Part shown: positions 48,385 to 57,671 of the stretch, in pieces
How the letters are laid out: each line of letters starts with the position of its first letter
Position numbering within the stretch: the stretch's first letter is position 1
Assembly (NCBI GenBank): GCA_964563315.1
Contig: CAZLWG010000006.1
Span: 5,198-69,197, forward strand
From: an uncultured Anaerolinea sp.
Lineage (GTDB): Bacteria; Chloroflexota; Anaerolineae; Anaerolineales; Villigracilaceae
Length of the DNA: 64,000 nt
Reading direction: 5' to 3'
The notes under the pieces: generated by a model
Seen by the model: the letters and a program-made list of their open reading frames with translations, nothing else
Told to the model about the DNA's origin: nothing
Databases searched by the model: none
Made by a program: the position numbers and the translations under genes

Positions 48385-50865
48385 ATGATTACCCGAAAAT
48401 CCCCAGACAAGCGAAAAAGCCGCGCACAGGCAATGGTGGAATTCGCCCTTGCGCTGCCCGTCCTGCTTACTCTTTTGTACGGTGTATTAGAAACCGGGCG
48501 TCTGCTATTCATTTATGCGTCCACCGTCACTGCCGCACGTCAGGCGGTTCGTTACGGGTCAGCCACAGGCGACGGTCCCAACGGGGTACCGTACTATCAG
48601 GATTGTGCAGGAATCGAATCTGCGGCACACAGCGTGGGGTTCATAAATGTATTCGATAATATCGACATCGAGTACGACGATGGTCCGGGAACGGCCGTTT
48701 TCGATCAATGCCCGCCTTCCAATACCATCAGCAACAACGACCGCATCAAGGTTACCGTCAGCACGCAATGGGTGCCCATTGTTCCGATCGTTCCGCTCGA
48801 ACCCTTTACCATAGAATCCGAAAGCGCCCGAACCATCCTTGCATCGGTTTCCATCGCCGTGACGGCTCCTGCTGTCGGCTTTCCGGGGAGTGGAACTGGC
48901 GTTCTCGAAATAGATAAATCCGGTTCGCCAACCACGTACTCAAGCGCCGGACAAACGATTACATATACCTACACGCTGGCAAACACTGGCTCGGGCGATC
49001 TTGCAGCTCCATTTTCCGTTTCAGACGACAAAGTAGCAAGCGTAAATTGCGGCAGTGCGCCGGGAACCCTTGCTCCGGGCAATTCATTTACCTGTACCGG
49101 GAGTTATCAAATCACGCAAAACGATCTGGACGCAGGCTCTGTGACGAACACGGCATCCGCCTCTTCGAGCAACGGACCGTCAGCAAACAATGATTCATTC
49201 ACGGTAACGGCAATTCAATCTCCCGGACTGACACTCACCAAAAGCGCATCACCAACTGCCGCGTCCACCGTTGGCGCCACGATTACCTACACGTACACAT
49301 TGGAAAATACGGGAAATGTCACTCTTAACTCGCCGTTCATTGTGAGCGATAACAAAATCGCAAATGTCAGTTGTTCGGATGCCAACCCGCTACCTCCAAA
49401 TGGAACGAAAACCTGCATTGCAACCTACCAACTCACAAACGCGGATATCAATAATGGTTCTGTCACCAATCAGGCAGTTGCGACCGCGACATTTAATTCC
49501 ACTGTAGTAACGTCCAATACCGCGAGCGCCATGGTGACTACAATCCCTCTGGCGCTTGCCATCAGCCCGTCACCGGCAACGGCATCCATTCCAAATCAAG
49601 TCATCACCTATACCTATACCGTTAGGAACGTCACCGGTAACACTGCAAACTCCTTAAGTATTACAAGCTCGAATACTTCTCCGGTAAACTGCCCAAGTAC
49701 AACAATTCCAGCAGGAGGAACTGTTACCTGTACCAGTACATATACAGTTACGCAGGCGAATCTTGACGCTGGAGGCATGATCACCAACACGGCTACTGCC
49801 ACAGCAAATAATGGGTCGCCAGTTTCATCGAACACCGTAACAAACACCATCGCCATCGTCCAAACCCCCCAACTTTCTGCAAGTGTATCCGCGTCTCCTT
49901 CGCAGCCTGTAGCGCCTGCCACATCGCTCCCCGCCGGAACCGTCGTCACCTACACCTATACCCTATCCAACAACGGAAACGTAACTCTTGTGTCGCCTTT
50001 TTCCGTCTCGGACGACAAGACAACCATTACCTGCGGCAACCAGTCCAACCTCGCACCCGGCGCAACAAAAACCTGCACTGGGACTTATACGATTGCAGCC
50101 AACGATGTAGCCGCTGGATCCATCACCAACACCGGGACGGCATCTGCCAAATTCGGGTCACAAACGGTGACATCCAGCCCTGCAAGTGCGACAGTAATTA
50201 CTTATTCCGGCGCAAGGTTCAGCATGGCAATCAGTGCAAACCCCGCGACGATCACCCAATCCGGAACATCCGTTGTTTTCACCTATACGATCACAAATAC
50301 AGGCGGCAAATCACTGACATCACCCTACTCAATTACATCCAGCCTGGCGGGGACGTTCACTTGCGCGGGCACATCCCCGCTTGCCCCGGGCCAATCCACA
50401 TCCTGTCAGAATTCTTACACAACTTCGAATACCATTACAAATTCGATCACGGCAGCCACAGCAAAAGATGGAGCCGCTACCGTCTCCTCGTCCAACCTGC
50501 CATCCATCACGGTTCCATCGACCATTTGTACTACCGGAACCCTGACCCTGAGCGCGCCGGTAATGTCAGGAAACACCGCTACCTGGACGATCTCCAATAA
50601 TATTGGAACCACCCTGCATATCAATTCGATCACGGTAACCTGGAGCACTTCCGGAAATCGTTATCTTGCCGAGGTGCAACTCCCGGCGGGTACATCCATC
50701 TGGACGGGCAGTGATAAGGATGGGTTCGCTATTTTCAATGGGCTATGGACTATTAACGTCGGAAACACCCAACTTGTAATGCTCTTTACCAAATCCAGCA
50801 CGACCATCACAGACATGAATTTGACGTTCGACGAAAACGGATGCGGACCGCTGAACAACCCATAG
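48385..50865 (+). CDS. TadE-like minor pilin fused to five DUF11/DUF7507-like Ig repeats (pilus-borne adhesin)
   Basis: RAQAMVEFAL-TM-ETGR...AARQAVRYG TadE motif, then five ~105-aa repeats and a C-terminal beta domain. Start uncertain (48331, 48361 or 48385). Confidence 0.82.
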   Translation: MITRKSPDKRKSRAQAMVEFALALPVLLTLLYGVLETGRLLFIYASTVTAARQAVRYGSATGDGPNGVPYYQDCAGIESAAHSVGFINVFDNIDIEYDDGPGTAVFDQCPPSNTISNNDRIKVTVSTQWVPIVPIVPLEPFTIESESARTILASVSIAVTAPAVGFPGSGTGVLEIDKSGSPTTYSSAGQTITYTYTLANTGSGDLAAPFSVSDDKVASVNCGSAPGTLAPGNSFTCTGSYQITQNDLDAGSVTNTASASSSNGPSANNDSFTVTAIQSPGLTLTKSASPTAASTVGATITYTYTLENTGNVTLNSPFIVSDNKIANVSCSDANPLPPNGTKTCIATYQLTNADINNGSVTNQAVATATFNSTVVTSNTASAMVTTIPLALAISPSPATASIPNQVITYTYTVRNVTGNTANSLSITSSNTSPVNCPSTTIPAGGTVTCTSTYTVTQANLDAGGMITNTATATANNGSPVSSNTVTNTIAIVQTPQLSASVSASPSQPVAPATSLPAGTVVTYTYTLSNNGNVTLVSPFSVSDDKTTITCGNQSNLAPGATKTCTGTYTIAANDVAAGSITNTGTASAKFGSQTVTSSPASATVITYSGARFSMAISANPATITQSGTSVVFTYTITNTGGKSLTSPYSITSSLAGTFTCAGTSPLAPGQSTSCQNSYTTSNTITNSITAATAKDGAATVSSSNLPSITVPSTICTTGTLTLSAPVMSGNTATWTISNNIGTTLHINSITVTWSTSGNRYLAEVQLPAGTSIWTGSDKDGFAIFNGLWTINVGNTQLVMLFTKSSTTITDMNLTFDENGCGPLNNP
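48901..50514 (+). repeat. five tandem ~105-aa Ig-like protein repeats
   Basis: Recurring ITYTYTLxNxG...PFxVSD...C...L(A/P)PG...TC...Y...(S/M)(V/I)TN motif, two Cys per repeat. Confidence 0.85.
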
Positions 50866-50872
50866 GTCAAAG

Positions 50873-51325
50873 ATGAAAAATGTAACGAAACCGATTTTAA
50901 AAAACGAATCAGGTCAGAGTTTAGTGGAACTTGCCATCAGTCTTATCGTCATTCTACTCCTTCTCCTTGGCGCGATTGAGTTCAGCCTGGCGTTATTTCA
51001 ATATGTGACCATCCGCGATGCTGCACAGGAAGGCGCCTTATTCGGCTCGATCAATCCGGAGGATGAAGCTGGTATGAAAGCGCGTGCAATGGATGCAGCA
51101 TCAGATGTAGTAGCCTTGACCACTGGAGATGTAACTGTAAGCTGGAATAATCCGGCAAAAAAATGCGAGGGCTTGACCAGCAGCGTACCCCACGCCGTCA
51201 CGGTAACGATCACATTTAACCACCCCATTACTTTTCCACTAATTGGCCCTGCAATCGGTTCAAACACGATTCCTTTGACCGCCAGCGTTACCGATACGAT
51301 CCTATTCCCATCCTGCGATCCATAG
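50873..51325 (+). CDS. TadE/TadG family minor pilin
   Basis: SGQSLVELAI-TM, DAAQEGALFG. Confidence 0.88.
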   Translation: MKNVTKPILKNESGQSLVELAISLIVILLLLLGAIEFSLALFQYVTIRDAAQEGALFGSINPEDEAGMKARAMDAASDVVALTTGDVTVSWNNPAKKCEGLTSSVPHAVTVTITFNHPITFPLIGPAIGSNTIPLTASVTDTILFPSCDP

Positions 51326-51369
51326 AACGTTTCAAATCAGTTCGCTAGTAGCTAGCAGAAAGAGGCATC

Positions 51370-52740
51370 ATGAAAAGGAAAAATAATCCTGAAAGCGGGC
51401 AGGCGATTATTCTGATCGTTTTTGCGATCGTGGGATTAATCGGCCTGACTGCCCTGACTGTTGACGGCGGCATGGCATATTCAAACCGCCGTCATGCCCA
51501 AAACGCTTCGGATACCGCCGCTCTTGCCGCTGCACGCGCCAAGGTACGGCAGGAACCATGGAAGGGCGCCGCGTTGGTTATCGCGTCTGAAAACGGATTC
51601 ACAGACCTGTTTGCAGACGACAACTCAAGCGATGACTTGATAAATGTCGAAGTGTATGGATGTGAGGAAGCTGCCTCAACCTGCGGCGTTTATGCCGGCA
51701 ATCCCGAGTACTTGCAAGTTAGGATTACATCCATCGTCGATACGTTTTTTGCCCGTGTAATCGGCGTTCAACAGGTTACCAATCGGGTCAATTCGGTTGT
51801 GCAGGCAAAACCAGCAACCAACGACCCCACTCTATTGGGCAATGCCATGGTCTCATTGATGTGCGGGTGTAAAAACGAGCATGGCTGGAACATGGACCCT
51901 TTCACAATCAGCGGCAATTCCGTGTCCATCGTGGGAGGATCGGGCGTATTTGTTAATTCTGACTGCGCAAACGCATTTACTCAAAACGGCAGCGCGTCCA
52001 TGGAATCCGAATACGGAGTTTGCGTTGTAGGGTCAAGTAATTACGCTCCCGGTTCAGTGGACCCTCCTCCCACATCATCATGCGGCACACAACTAAGTTG
52101 TCCGCCGCCGATCATATTCCCGAATCCTACTTGCGACAACAACGGTAACGGGACAATTGAACCTTCAGAGAGAGGCTCAATTACTCAAATCTCCTCCACC
52201 CCAAGGGTTTACAAAGCCACGCCAGGGTATTACAACGGTGACTTTCCCAGTACTTCGCCATCCGGAAAACTGATCCTTCAAAAGGGAATCTACTGCATAG
52301 ACGATGACTTTATCCTTAATAACACTTGGGTAATTACGACAGATGTAAATGACAACAACACACATGACACGGCAACGGAAGGCGTCCTCATCATGGTCGA
52401 AAACGGAGGAATCAGACTAAACGGCACGTCATTCCTGGACTTGCACGCAATGAATGATCCAAACCTTGATGAAGATATACAAAATCTGCTCTTCTATATC
52501 CCGCCCGGGAACACTTCACCACTGAACATGAACGGCTCTGCGGGCTCCACCTTTACAGGGTCCATTTGGGCACCGACATCGCACTGCTCGCTGGAAGGTA
52601 CAAATACATCGTATGATGTCAACAGCCAGTTGATGTGCTTTACGATATCCCTTTCAGGCAGCGCGAATATTGACATCACCTACAACCAGAACGAAAACCA
52701 GATCATCACCGTCCCGCCTTCTGTGGAGTTGACCGAATAA
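51370..52740 (+). CDS. TadG-like pilus tip protein (paralog 1)
   Basis: SGQAIILIVF-TM-VDGG, AQNASDTAALAAA; Cys- and Gly/Ser/Asn-rich beta C-terminal region. Confidence 0.85.
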   Translation: MKRKNNPESGQAIILIVFAIVGLIGLTALTVDGGMAYSNRRHAQNASDTAALAAARAKVRQEPWKGAALVIASENGFTDLFADDNSSDDLINVEVYGCEEAASTCGVYAGNPEYLQVRITSIVDTFFARVIGVQQVTNRVNSVVQAKPATNDPTLLGNAMVSLMCGCKNEHGWNMDPFTISGNSVSIVGGSGVFVNSDCANAFTQNGSASMESEYGVCVVGSSNYAPGSVDPPPTSSCGTQLSCPPPIIFPNPTCDNNGNGTIEPSERGSITQISSTPRVYKATPGYYNGDFPSTSPSGKLILQKGIYCIDDDFILNNTWVITTDVNDNNTHDTATEGVLIMVENGGIRLNGTSFLDLHAMNDPNLDEDIQNLLFYIPPGNTSPLNMNGSAGSTFTGSIWAPTSHCSLEGTNTSYDVNSQLMCFTISLSGSANIDITYNQNENQIITVPPSVELTE

Positions 52741-54003
52741 ATGGTCGGACATGGTTCTCGGAACAAAAGGGGAACAAAAAAGGATGAGCGCGGGCAGGCG
52801 CTCATCCTTATCGTTTTTACCATCATCGGATTGGTGGGTATTACAGCACTGGCGGTGGATGGCGGCAATGCTTTTCTCGAACGACGGCGGGCGCAGAACG
52901 CCGCCGACATTACAGCGCTTGGCGGTGCATTGGCGAGAATTAAAGGCACCGGTTGGGTCAACGAGACCTTTAAAATTGCAAAGGGAAACGGCTACGATAA
53001 CAATGGCAACACCAATTTCGTACAGGTCTTCAGCCCGCCCGCCACAGGCGTATATGCAGGCGATATCGAATACATCCAGGTTCGGATTACTTCGCACGTA
53101 TCCACATTTTTTGCAAGAGCAATCGGCATCCCGCAAATCACGGTCTCTGCGGAGGCAGTCTCTCGAACAAAGAAATCGGAGATCAAGGAAATCCTTGACG
53201 GCAATGCGATCATCAGCCTTGCCCCTACGAGCGACTGCAACAACGAGCGCGCCTTCTGGGTTCACGGAGAATCAACACTCGATATAAGCGGAGGCGGGGT
53301 CTTTATCAACTCGAACCACCCTGAATGCGCCCTTTACACCAACGGAAGCGGAAGCATTCGTATTGATGGCGGCGAAATATCGATTGTCGGCGGAGCGACG
53401 ATCCAAAAACCTCAATTGATCACACCTTTCCCGCCAAAAACAAAATCCATGCCCATCACCTACCCTCCCCCGTTTTTCATGCCCGAGATCGGATGCGGGA
53501 GTAAAATGGCGCAAGTGCTGGAAGACGGCGTAACCATGTCCCCCGGCTCATACGACGAAGACGTATTCCCGCCGGAAGGCGTTCACTTCCTCGAAGCGGG
53601 CGTCTATTGCATCAACGGCGATTTCCTGCTGGGAGGCACCTCTCTCGAGGGCGGCGGCGTCACTTTCAAAATGGAACACGGGAAAGTGAAATGGAGCGGC
53701 AATTCATACGTCAATTTAGGCGCACCCTTGACTGGGGAACGCGCCGGTTTGCTCTTTTTCGCCCCCATCGAAAACAAGAACAGAATGGTATTTACCAGCA
53801 ATATCGAGTCGGAATTAAAAGGAACGGTTCTGATGCCAGGCGCGGAAATACACCTCAACGGCGGCGACTCGCCGATCGGATATCACAGCCAATTCATCGG
53901 CTACCGCATCGAATCCAACGGTCAGAGCAACATCGTCATCAAGTATAAGGATGACCAGAATTACGACACCTACACCATGCCAGAAATCCAACTAATCAAG
54001 TAA
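52741..54003 (+). CDS. TadG-like pilus tip protein (paralog 2)
   Basis: RGQALILIVF-TM-VDGG, AQNAADITALGGA; shares YxQVRITSxVxTFFARxIG with paralog 1. Confidence 0.85.
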   Translation: MVGHGSRNKRGTKKDERGQALILIVFTIIGLVGITALAVDGGNAFLERRRAQNAADITALGGALARIKGTGWVNETFKIAKGNGYDNNGNTNFVQVFSPPATGVYAGDIEYIQVRITSHVSTFFARAIGIPQITVSAEAVSRTKKSEIKEILDGNAIISLAPTSDCNNERAFWVHGESTLDISGGGVFINSNHPECALYTNGSGSIRIDGGEISIVGGATIQKPQLITPFPPKTKSMPITYPPPFFMPEIGCGSKMAQVLEDGVTMSPGSYDEDVFPPEGVHFLEAGVYCINGDFLLGGTSLEGGGVTFKMEHGKVKWSGNSYVNLGAPLTGERAGLLFFAPIENKNRMVFTSNIESELKGTVLMPGAEIHLNGGDSPIGYHSQFIGYRIESNGQSNIVIKYKDDQNYDTYTMPEIQLIK

Positions 54004-54027
54004 TGCGTTTCTTCCCTCTTGCACGCT

Positions 54028-54059
54028 TCAGGCTGGACCCCTCAGCCTGATTCTGTTTA
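54028..54059 (+). terminator. probable terminator of the Tad cassette
   Basis: TCAGGCTG/CAGCCTGA stem followed by TTCTGTTT. Confidence 0.55.
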
Positions 54060-54128
54060 ATGAGTTATAATCCTCCCCCGACATCGGTAAAAATGGAGGT
54101 GAACACAAAAATCATATACGGGAAAGAC

Positions 54129-54350
54129 AGCGCATGGACTTTGACTTGCAACGAACAGCCAAAGTTGACGAGGATGAGGGTTCTCCATTGCAAAATGGAG
54201 CCAATGTTCCCATAACTGCGGAACAGAAAATCGAAGGATCAGCGGAAGCCCTCCGGGTACGCCATGACCCGTCATTCTTTCCCTCCAGAAGCAACCCCAA
54301 CCAGAAACACCCGTGAGCGATCACAGGAGCAAAAGGGCTGGGGAATGGCA
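54129..54350 (+). ncRNA. glmS ribozyme (GlcN6P-activated self-cleaving riboswitch), expanded variant
   Basis: A|GCGCATGGACT at 54129, P1 ACTTTG/CAAAGT, GACGAGG at 54167, GAGGG/CCCTC pairing, ATCGAAG...AGCGGA, distal GCGA (GNRA) tetraloop hairpin; directly upstream of glmS. The 3' boundary is approximate. Confidence 0.9.
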
Positions 54351-54440
54351 ACACAAAGAGGACGGTGCCCGGGCATTCAGGCAAGGCCTATCAGCCTGGG
54401 TTTTGACGTCCAAATCTATTAACTTGGAGGATCCCCTACC

Positions 54441-56282
54441 ATGTGTGGAATCGTCGGTTATGTCGGCGCGCGAGACGCGACGCCGATCATACTCAATGGT
54501 TTGAAAAGGCTCGAATACCGCGGATATGATTCGGCGGGTGTTGCCGTCATTAACAGCAACCAGATCGAGGTCCGGAGAGATGCGGGCAAGTTGTCGCAAT
54601 TGGTTGACCTGGTCGGCAAAAGCCCTCTTAAAGGCGCCCCTGGAATCGGTCATACCCGCTGGGCAACGCACGGCGCGCCGTCGGCAAGGAATGCACATCC
54701 GCATGTCGGGAATTCGGGCAAGGTCGTTGTGGTTCACAACGGTATCGTCGAAAATTTTCTTGAACTGAAGGACGAATTGACCAGCGAAGGCGTGACGTTC
54801 AACTCGGAGACCGACACTGAAACCATCGTCCATCTTGCCGAGCATCTCAAAGCCGGGGGAAACAATCTTGAAGATGCCGCGCGAAAAACATTCAATCAGA
54901 TCGAAGGCGCAAACGTGGTGGTGATGATGTCTCCCGATGAGCCGGATAAGATCGTGACCGCCAGGATCGGGAATGCCGGCGGCGTGGTGATCGGGCTGGG
55001 TGAAAACGAGAATTTCATCGCGTCGGATATTCCTGCCATTCTCGAACATACGCGCAAGGTGATATTCCTTGAGTCGCGGCAGATGGCAGTGGTGACACGT
55101 GACAGTGTGCGCGTGCAGACGCTCGATGGAATTGAAATAGATCCCGAAATCCATACCATCGCATGGGATGCTGTTTCTGCAGAAAAAGGCGAGTACCGCC
55201 ATTTTATGCAGAAAGAAATTCACGAACAGGTGCGCGCATTGACCGACACTCTGGCCGGACGTATCGATTTTCAAGAGGGGCGCATCCGCCTGCCGGAACT
55301 CAAACTCACGCCCGAAATCGCTAAACGCATCCAGCGCATGTACATCACAGCCTGCGGCACGGCGGCCTATGCGGGCATGGTCGGCAAATATCTCATTGAA
55401 AAGATCGCCCGAATTCCAGTCGAAGTAGTGATCGGTTCGGAGTTTCGTTACAGCGACCCGATCATCGATGCGAACACAGTCGTGCTTGCCATCTCTCAAT
55501 CCGGCGAAACAGCAGACACTCTCGCTGCCATGGAGGAAGGCAAGCGAAAAGGCGGCATTGTGTGGAGCATTGTCAACGCCATTGGGTCGCAAGCCATGCG
55601 CGTTGCCGACGGCTTCATCTCCATGCAAACCGGACCCGAGGTGGGAGTGGCATCCACGAAAGCATTCACCGCCCCGCTCGTGAACCAATACATGCTCGCC
55701 ATTCTACTGGCAGATTTGCGCGGAACGATGGATGAAGAAACACGCAAATCGCTTGTCTCTGATCTGCGCCTTGTACCAGACCTGGCGGGCCGGGTATTGG
55801 ACACCGAGCCGAATATCGAAGAAGTTGCTTACGTTCTGAAAGACATCCGAAACTGTCTGTATTTGGGGCGCGGCATAAACATGCCTATCGCCTATGAGGG
55901 CGCGTTAAAACTCAAGGAAATCTCATACATCCACGCAGAAGGCTACCCTGCCGGCGAAATGAAGCACGGGCCCATTGCGCTGATCGACGAAGAAATGCCC
56001 GTGCTTTGTATTGCCCCCAAAGACCCCTGGCACGAGAAAATGATCTCACAGATCCAGCAGGCAAAGGCGCGGGGCGGAATTGTCGTTGCTGTGGCAACCG
56101 AGGGTGATGAACTGGTCGGAGGCATGGCAGACCATGTCCTGTGGATTCCTGAAGCACCGTGGATGCTCTCGCCGGTCGTGACCGTCCTTCCCCTGCAATT
56201 GCTTGCCTATCACATCGCCGCGATCCGCGGATTGGATGTAGACCAACCGCGCAACCTGGCAAAAAGTGTGACAGTGGAATAA
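54441..56282 (+). CDS. glmS: glutamine--fructose-6-phosphate aminotransferase (isomerizing)
   Basis: MCGIVG, LEYRGYDSAG, GHTRWATHG, HNGIVEN, SQSGETADT, LKLKEISYIHAEG, DQPRNLAKSVTVE. Confidence 0.99.
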   Translation: MCGIVGYVGARDATPIILNGLKRLEYRGYDSAGVAVINSNQIEVRRDAGKLSQLVDLVGKSPLKGAPGIGHTRWATHGAPSARNAHPHVGNSGKVVVVHNGIVENFLELKDELTSEGVTFNSETDTETIVHLAEHLKAGGNNLEDAARKTFNQIEGANVVVMMSPDEPDKIVTARIGNAGGVVIGLGENENFIASDIPAILEHTRKVIFLESRQMAVVTRDSVRVQTLDGIEIDPEIHTIAWDAVSAEKGEYRHFMQKEIHEQVRALTDTLAGRIDFQEGRIRLPELKLTPEIAKRIQRMYITACGTAAYAGMVGKYLIEKIARIPVEVVIGSEFRYSDPIIDANTVVLAISQSGETADTLAAMEEGKRKGGIVWSIVNAIGSQAMRVADGFISMQTGPEVGVASTKAFTAPLVNQYMLAILLADLRGTMDEETRKSLVSDLRLVPDLAGRVLDTEPNIEEVAYVLKDIRNCLYLGRGINMPIAYEGALKLKEISYIHAEGYPAGEMKHGPIALIDEEMPVLCIAPKDPWHEKMISQIQQAKARGGIVVAVATEGDELVGGMADHVLWIPEAPWMLSPVVTVLPLQLLAYHIAAIRGLDVDQPRNLAKSVTVE

Positions 56283-56468
56283 CACCAATATGGAGCGGGC
56301 TATCGGCTTGATGAAGCCGTATTCTTATTCCACATATAGCTTCATCATCCGGCGTTTTCAACATAACTACGGGACAGAATGAAAATGTCCATTTTGAGAA
56401 TGCTCCGCCTCAGTCCAACCCGGCATCTGGTTCAATTAAAGAAGATATAATCTCCCTGAAACCTTTCC

Positions 56469-57200
56469 ATGACAAACCAAACCACGACCATAAAACATAA
56501 TACAAAGCATATCCTGATCGCCTTGATCGCCGTTGTCGCAGCGCTGGTCGCTCTAAGCATCTGGGGACAGCACATCCGCTTCTTCGGCGTGGCAGACATA
56601 CGCGGATATTGGCACGAATTTCTGCTCGATCTGCTCATGTCAGCATTCTATTTGGATTCCGAGGGAAATGTCCCAACGTTTGCCAATGCGCTGCTGTTAT
56701 TCATCCCTTCCTTGTTGCTGGCGTTCATCGCTGCATGGAAGAATTCGATAAAGGATAAATTCCGCCTCCATTGGTTCGGGCTGGCATTGATCTTCCTTTA
56801 CCTTTCCTTCGATGAAGCCGCCGTCCTGCATGAACGATTGATCAAACCCATGCGGGCCATCTCGGATGCCGGAGGCGTATTCCATTTCGCCTGGGTCATT
56901 CCCGGAATGATCGGTGTCGTACTCTTCGGGTTGGTGTTTTTGATGTTCTTCCTGCACCTGGAAAAGAAGTTCAAGATCCTTTTCTTCCTGTCGCTGGCTG
57001 TATATATATCGGGTGTGATAGGCGGAGAAATGGTCAGCGGATATTTTGCCGCCAATCTCGGTCAAAAGAACTATACTTATGCGGTGGTGGCAAGTCTCGA
57101 GGAATCAGTCGAGATGTTCGGCTGCACCTTCATCATCTATTCCCTGCTGGAATACATCAAGCACTATCTCCCTGAGGGGATGACGCTGAAAGTTACTTGA
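56469..57200 (+). CDS. hypothetical multi-TM membrane protein
   Basis: About 7 TMs; EGNVPT, SFDEAAVLHE, EESVEMFG. Confidence 0.7.
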   Translation: MTNQTTTIKHNTKHILIALIAVVAALVALSIWGQHIRFFGVADIRGYWHEFLLDLLMSAFYLDSEGNVPTFANALLLFIPSLLLAFIAAWKNSIKDKFRLHWFGLALIFLYLSFDEAAVLHERLIKPMRAISDAGGVFHFAWVIPGMIGVVLFGLVFLMFFLHLEKKFKILFFLSLAVYISGVIGGEMVSGYFAANLGQKNYTYAVVASLEESVEMFGCTFIIYSLLEYIKHYLPEGMTLKVT

Positions 57201-57457
57201 TGCCTTCCATAATTGTCCCGCTGGCAGAACTAAGACGCAATACCGGCCAGCGCGGCACACGTAAATTTGTGGCGCTCAACGGCATCGTATATGATGTGAC
57301 TGATTGCCCGAAATGGCGGCTGGAGATGCACGAAAATCTCCATTTCCCCGGGCAGGATTTGAGCAGCGAACTGCCCGAGGCGCCGCATAACGAAGAAGTC
57401 TTTGCGCGTCCATGCGTGAAAGTTATCGGCAGACTCGAAGAAAACGAAAATGCCTGA
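57200..57457 (+). CDS. cytochrome b5-like heme/steroid-binding protein
   Basis: ELRRNTG, VALNGIVYDVT, WxxxxH, GQDLS, APH (two His heme ligands). Confidence 0.85.
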   Translation: MPSIIVPLAELRRNTGQRGTRKFVALNGIVYDVTDCPKWRLEMHENLHFPGQDLSSELPEAPHNEEVFARPCVKVIGRLEENENA

Positions 57458-57671
57458 GATGCAATTCCCCACACAAAAGTCCCAACGCAGATTCGTCACT
57501 TTGTGCGGGCGCATATTCCGCAACGCCGATCCGCAATATTTCCCCTCCGCTGTTCACCATGGGCGAATCATCCGCTTTTGCACAGATGCCTGTCTGGGCG
57601 CTTACCTCGCCGACCCGGATACATTTTACAAAGTACACAGAAACTCTGAGAGCAATGTGGAAATATGGTGA
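57450..57671 (+). CDS. YHS-domain-like small protein
   Basis: TLCGR...HGRIIRFCTDACLGAYLADPDTFY matches the YHS pattern; overlaps both neighbours. Confidence 0.7.
   Translation: MPEMQFPTQKSQRRFVTLCGRIFRNADPQYFPSAVHHGRIIRFCTDACLGAYLADPDTFYKVHRNSESNVEIW

Noticed and set aside
54321-55688. 455-aa minus-strand ORF
   Set aside because: Antisense shadow of glmS overlapping the ribozyme; no recognisable motif.
57412-57654. N-terminal extension of the DUF402 ORF
   Set aside because: This stretch is better explained by the YHS-like gene in another frame (57450-57671).
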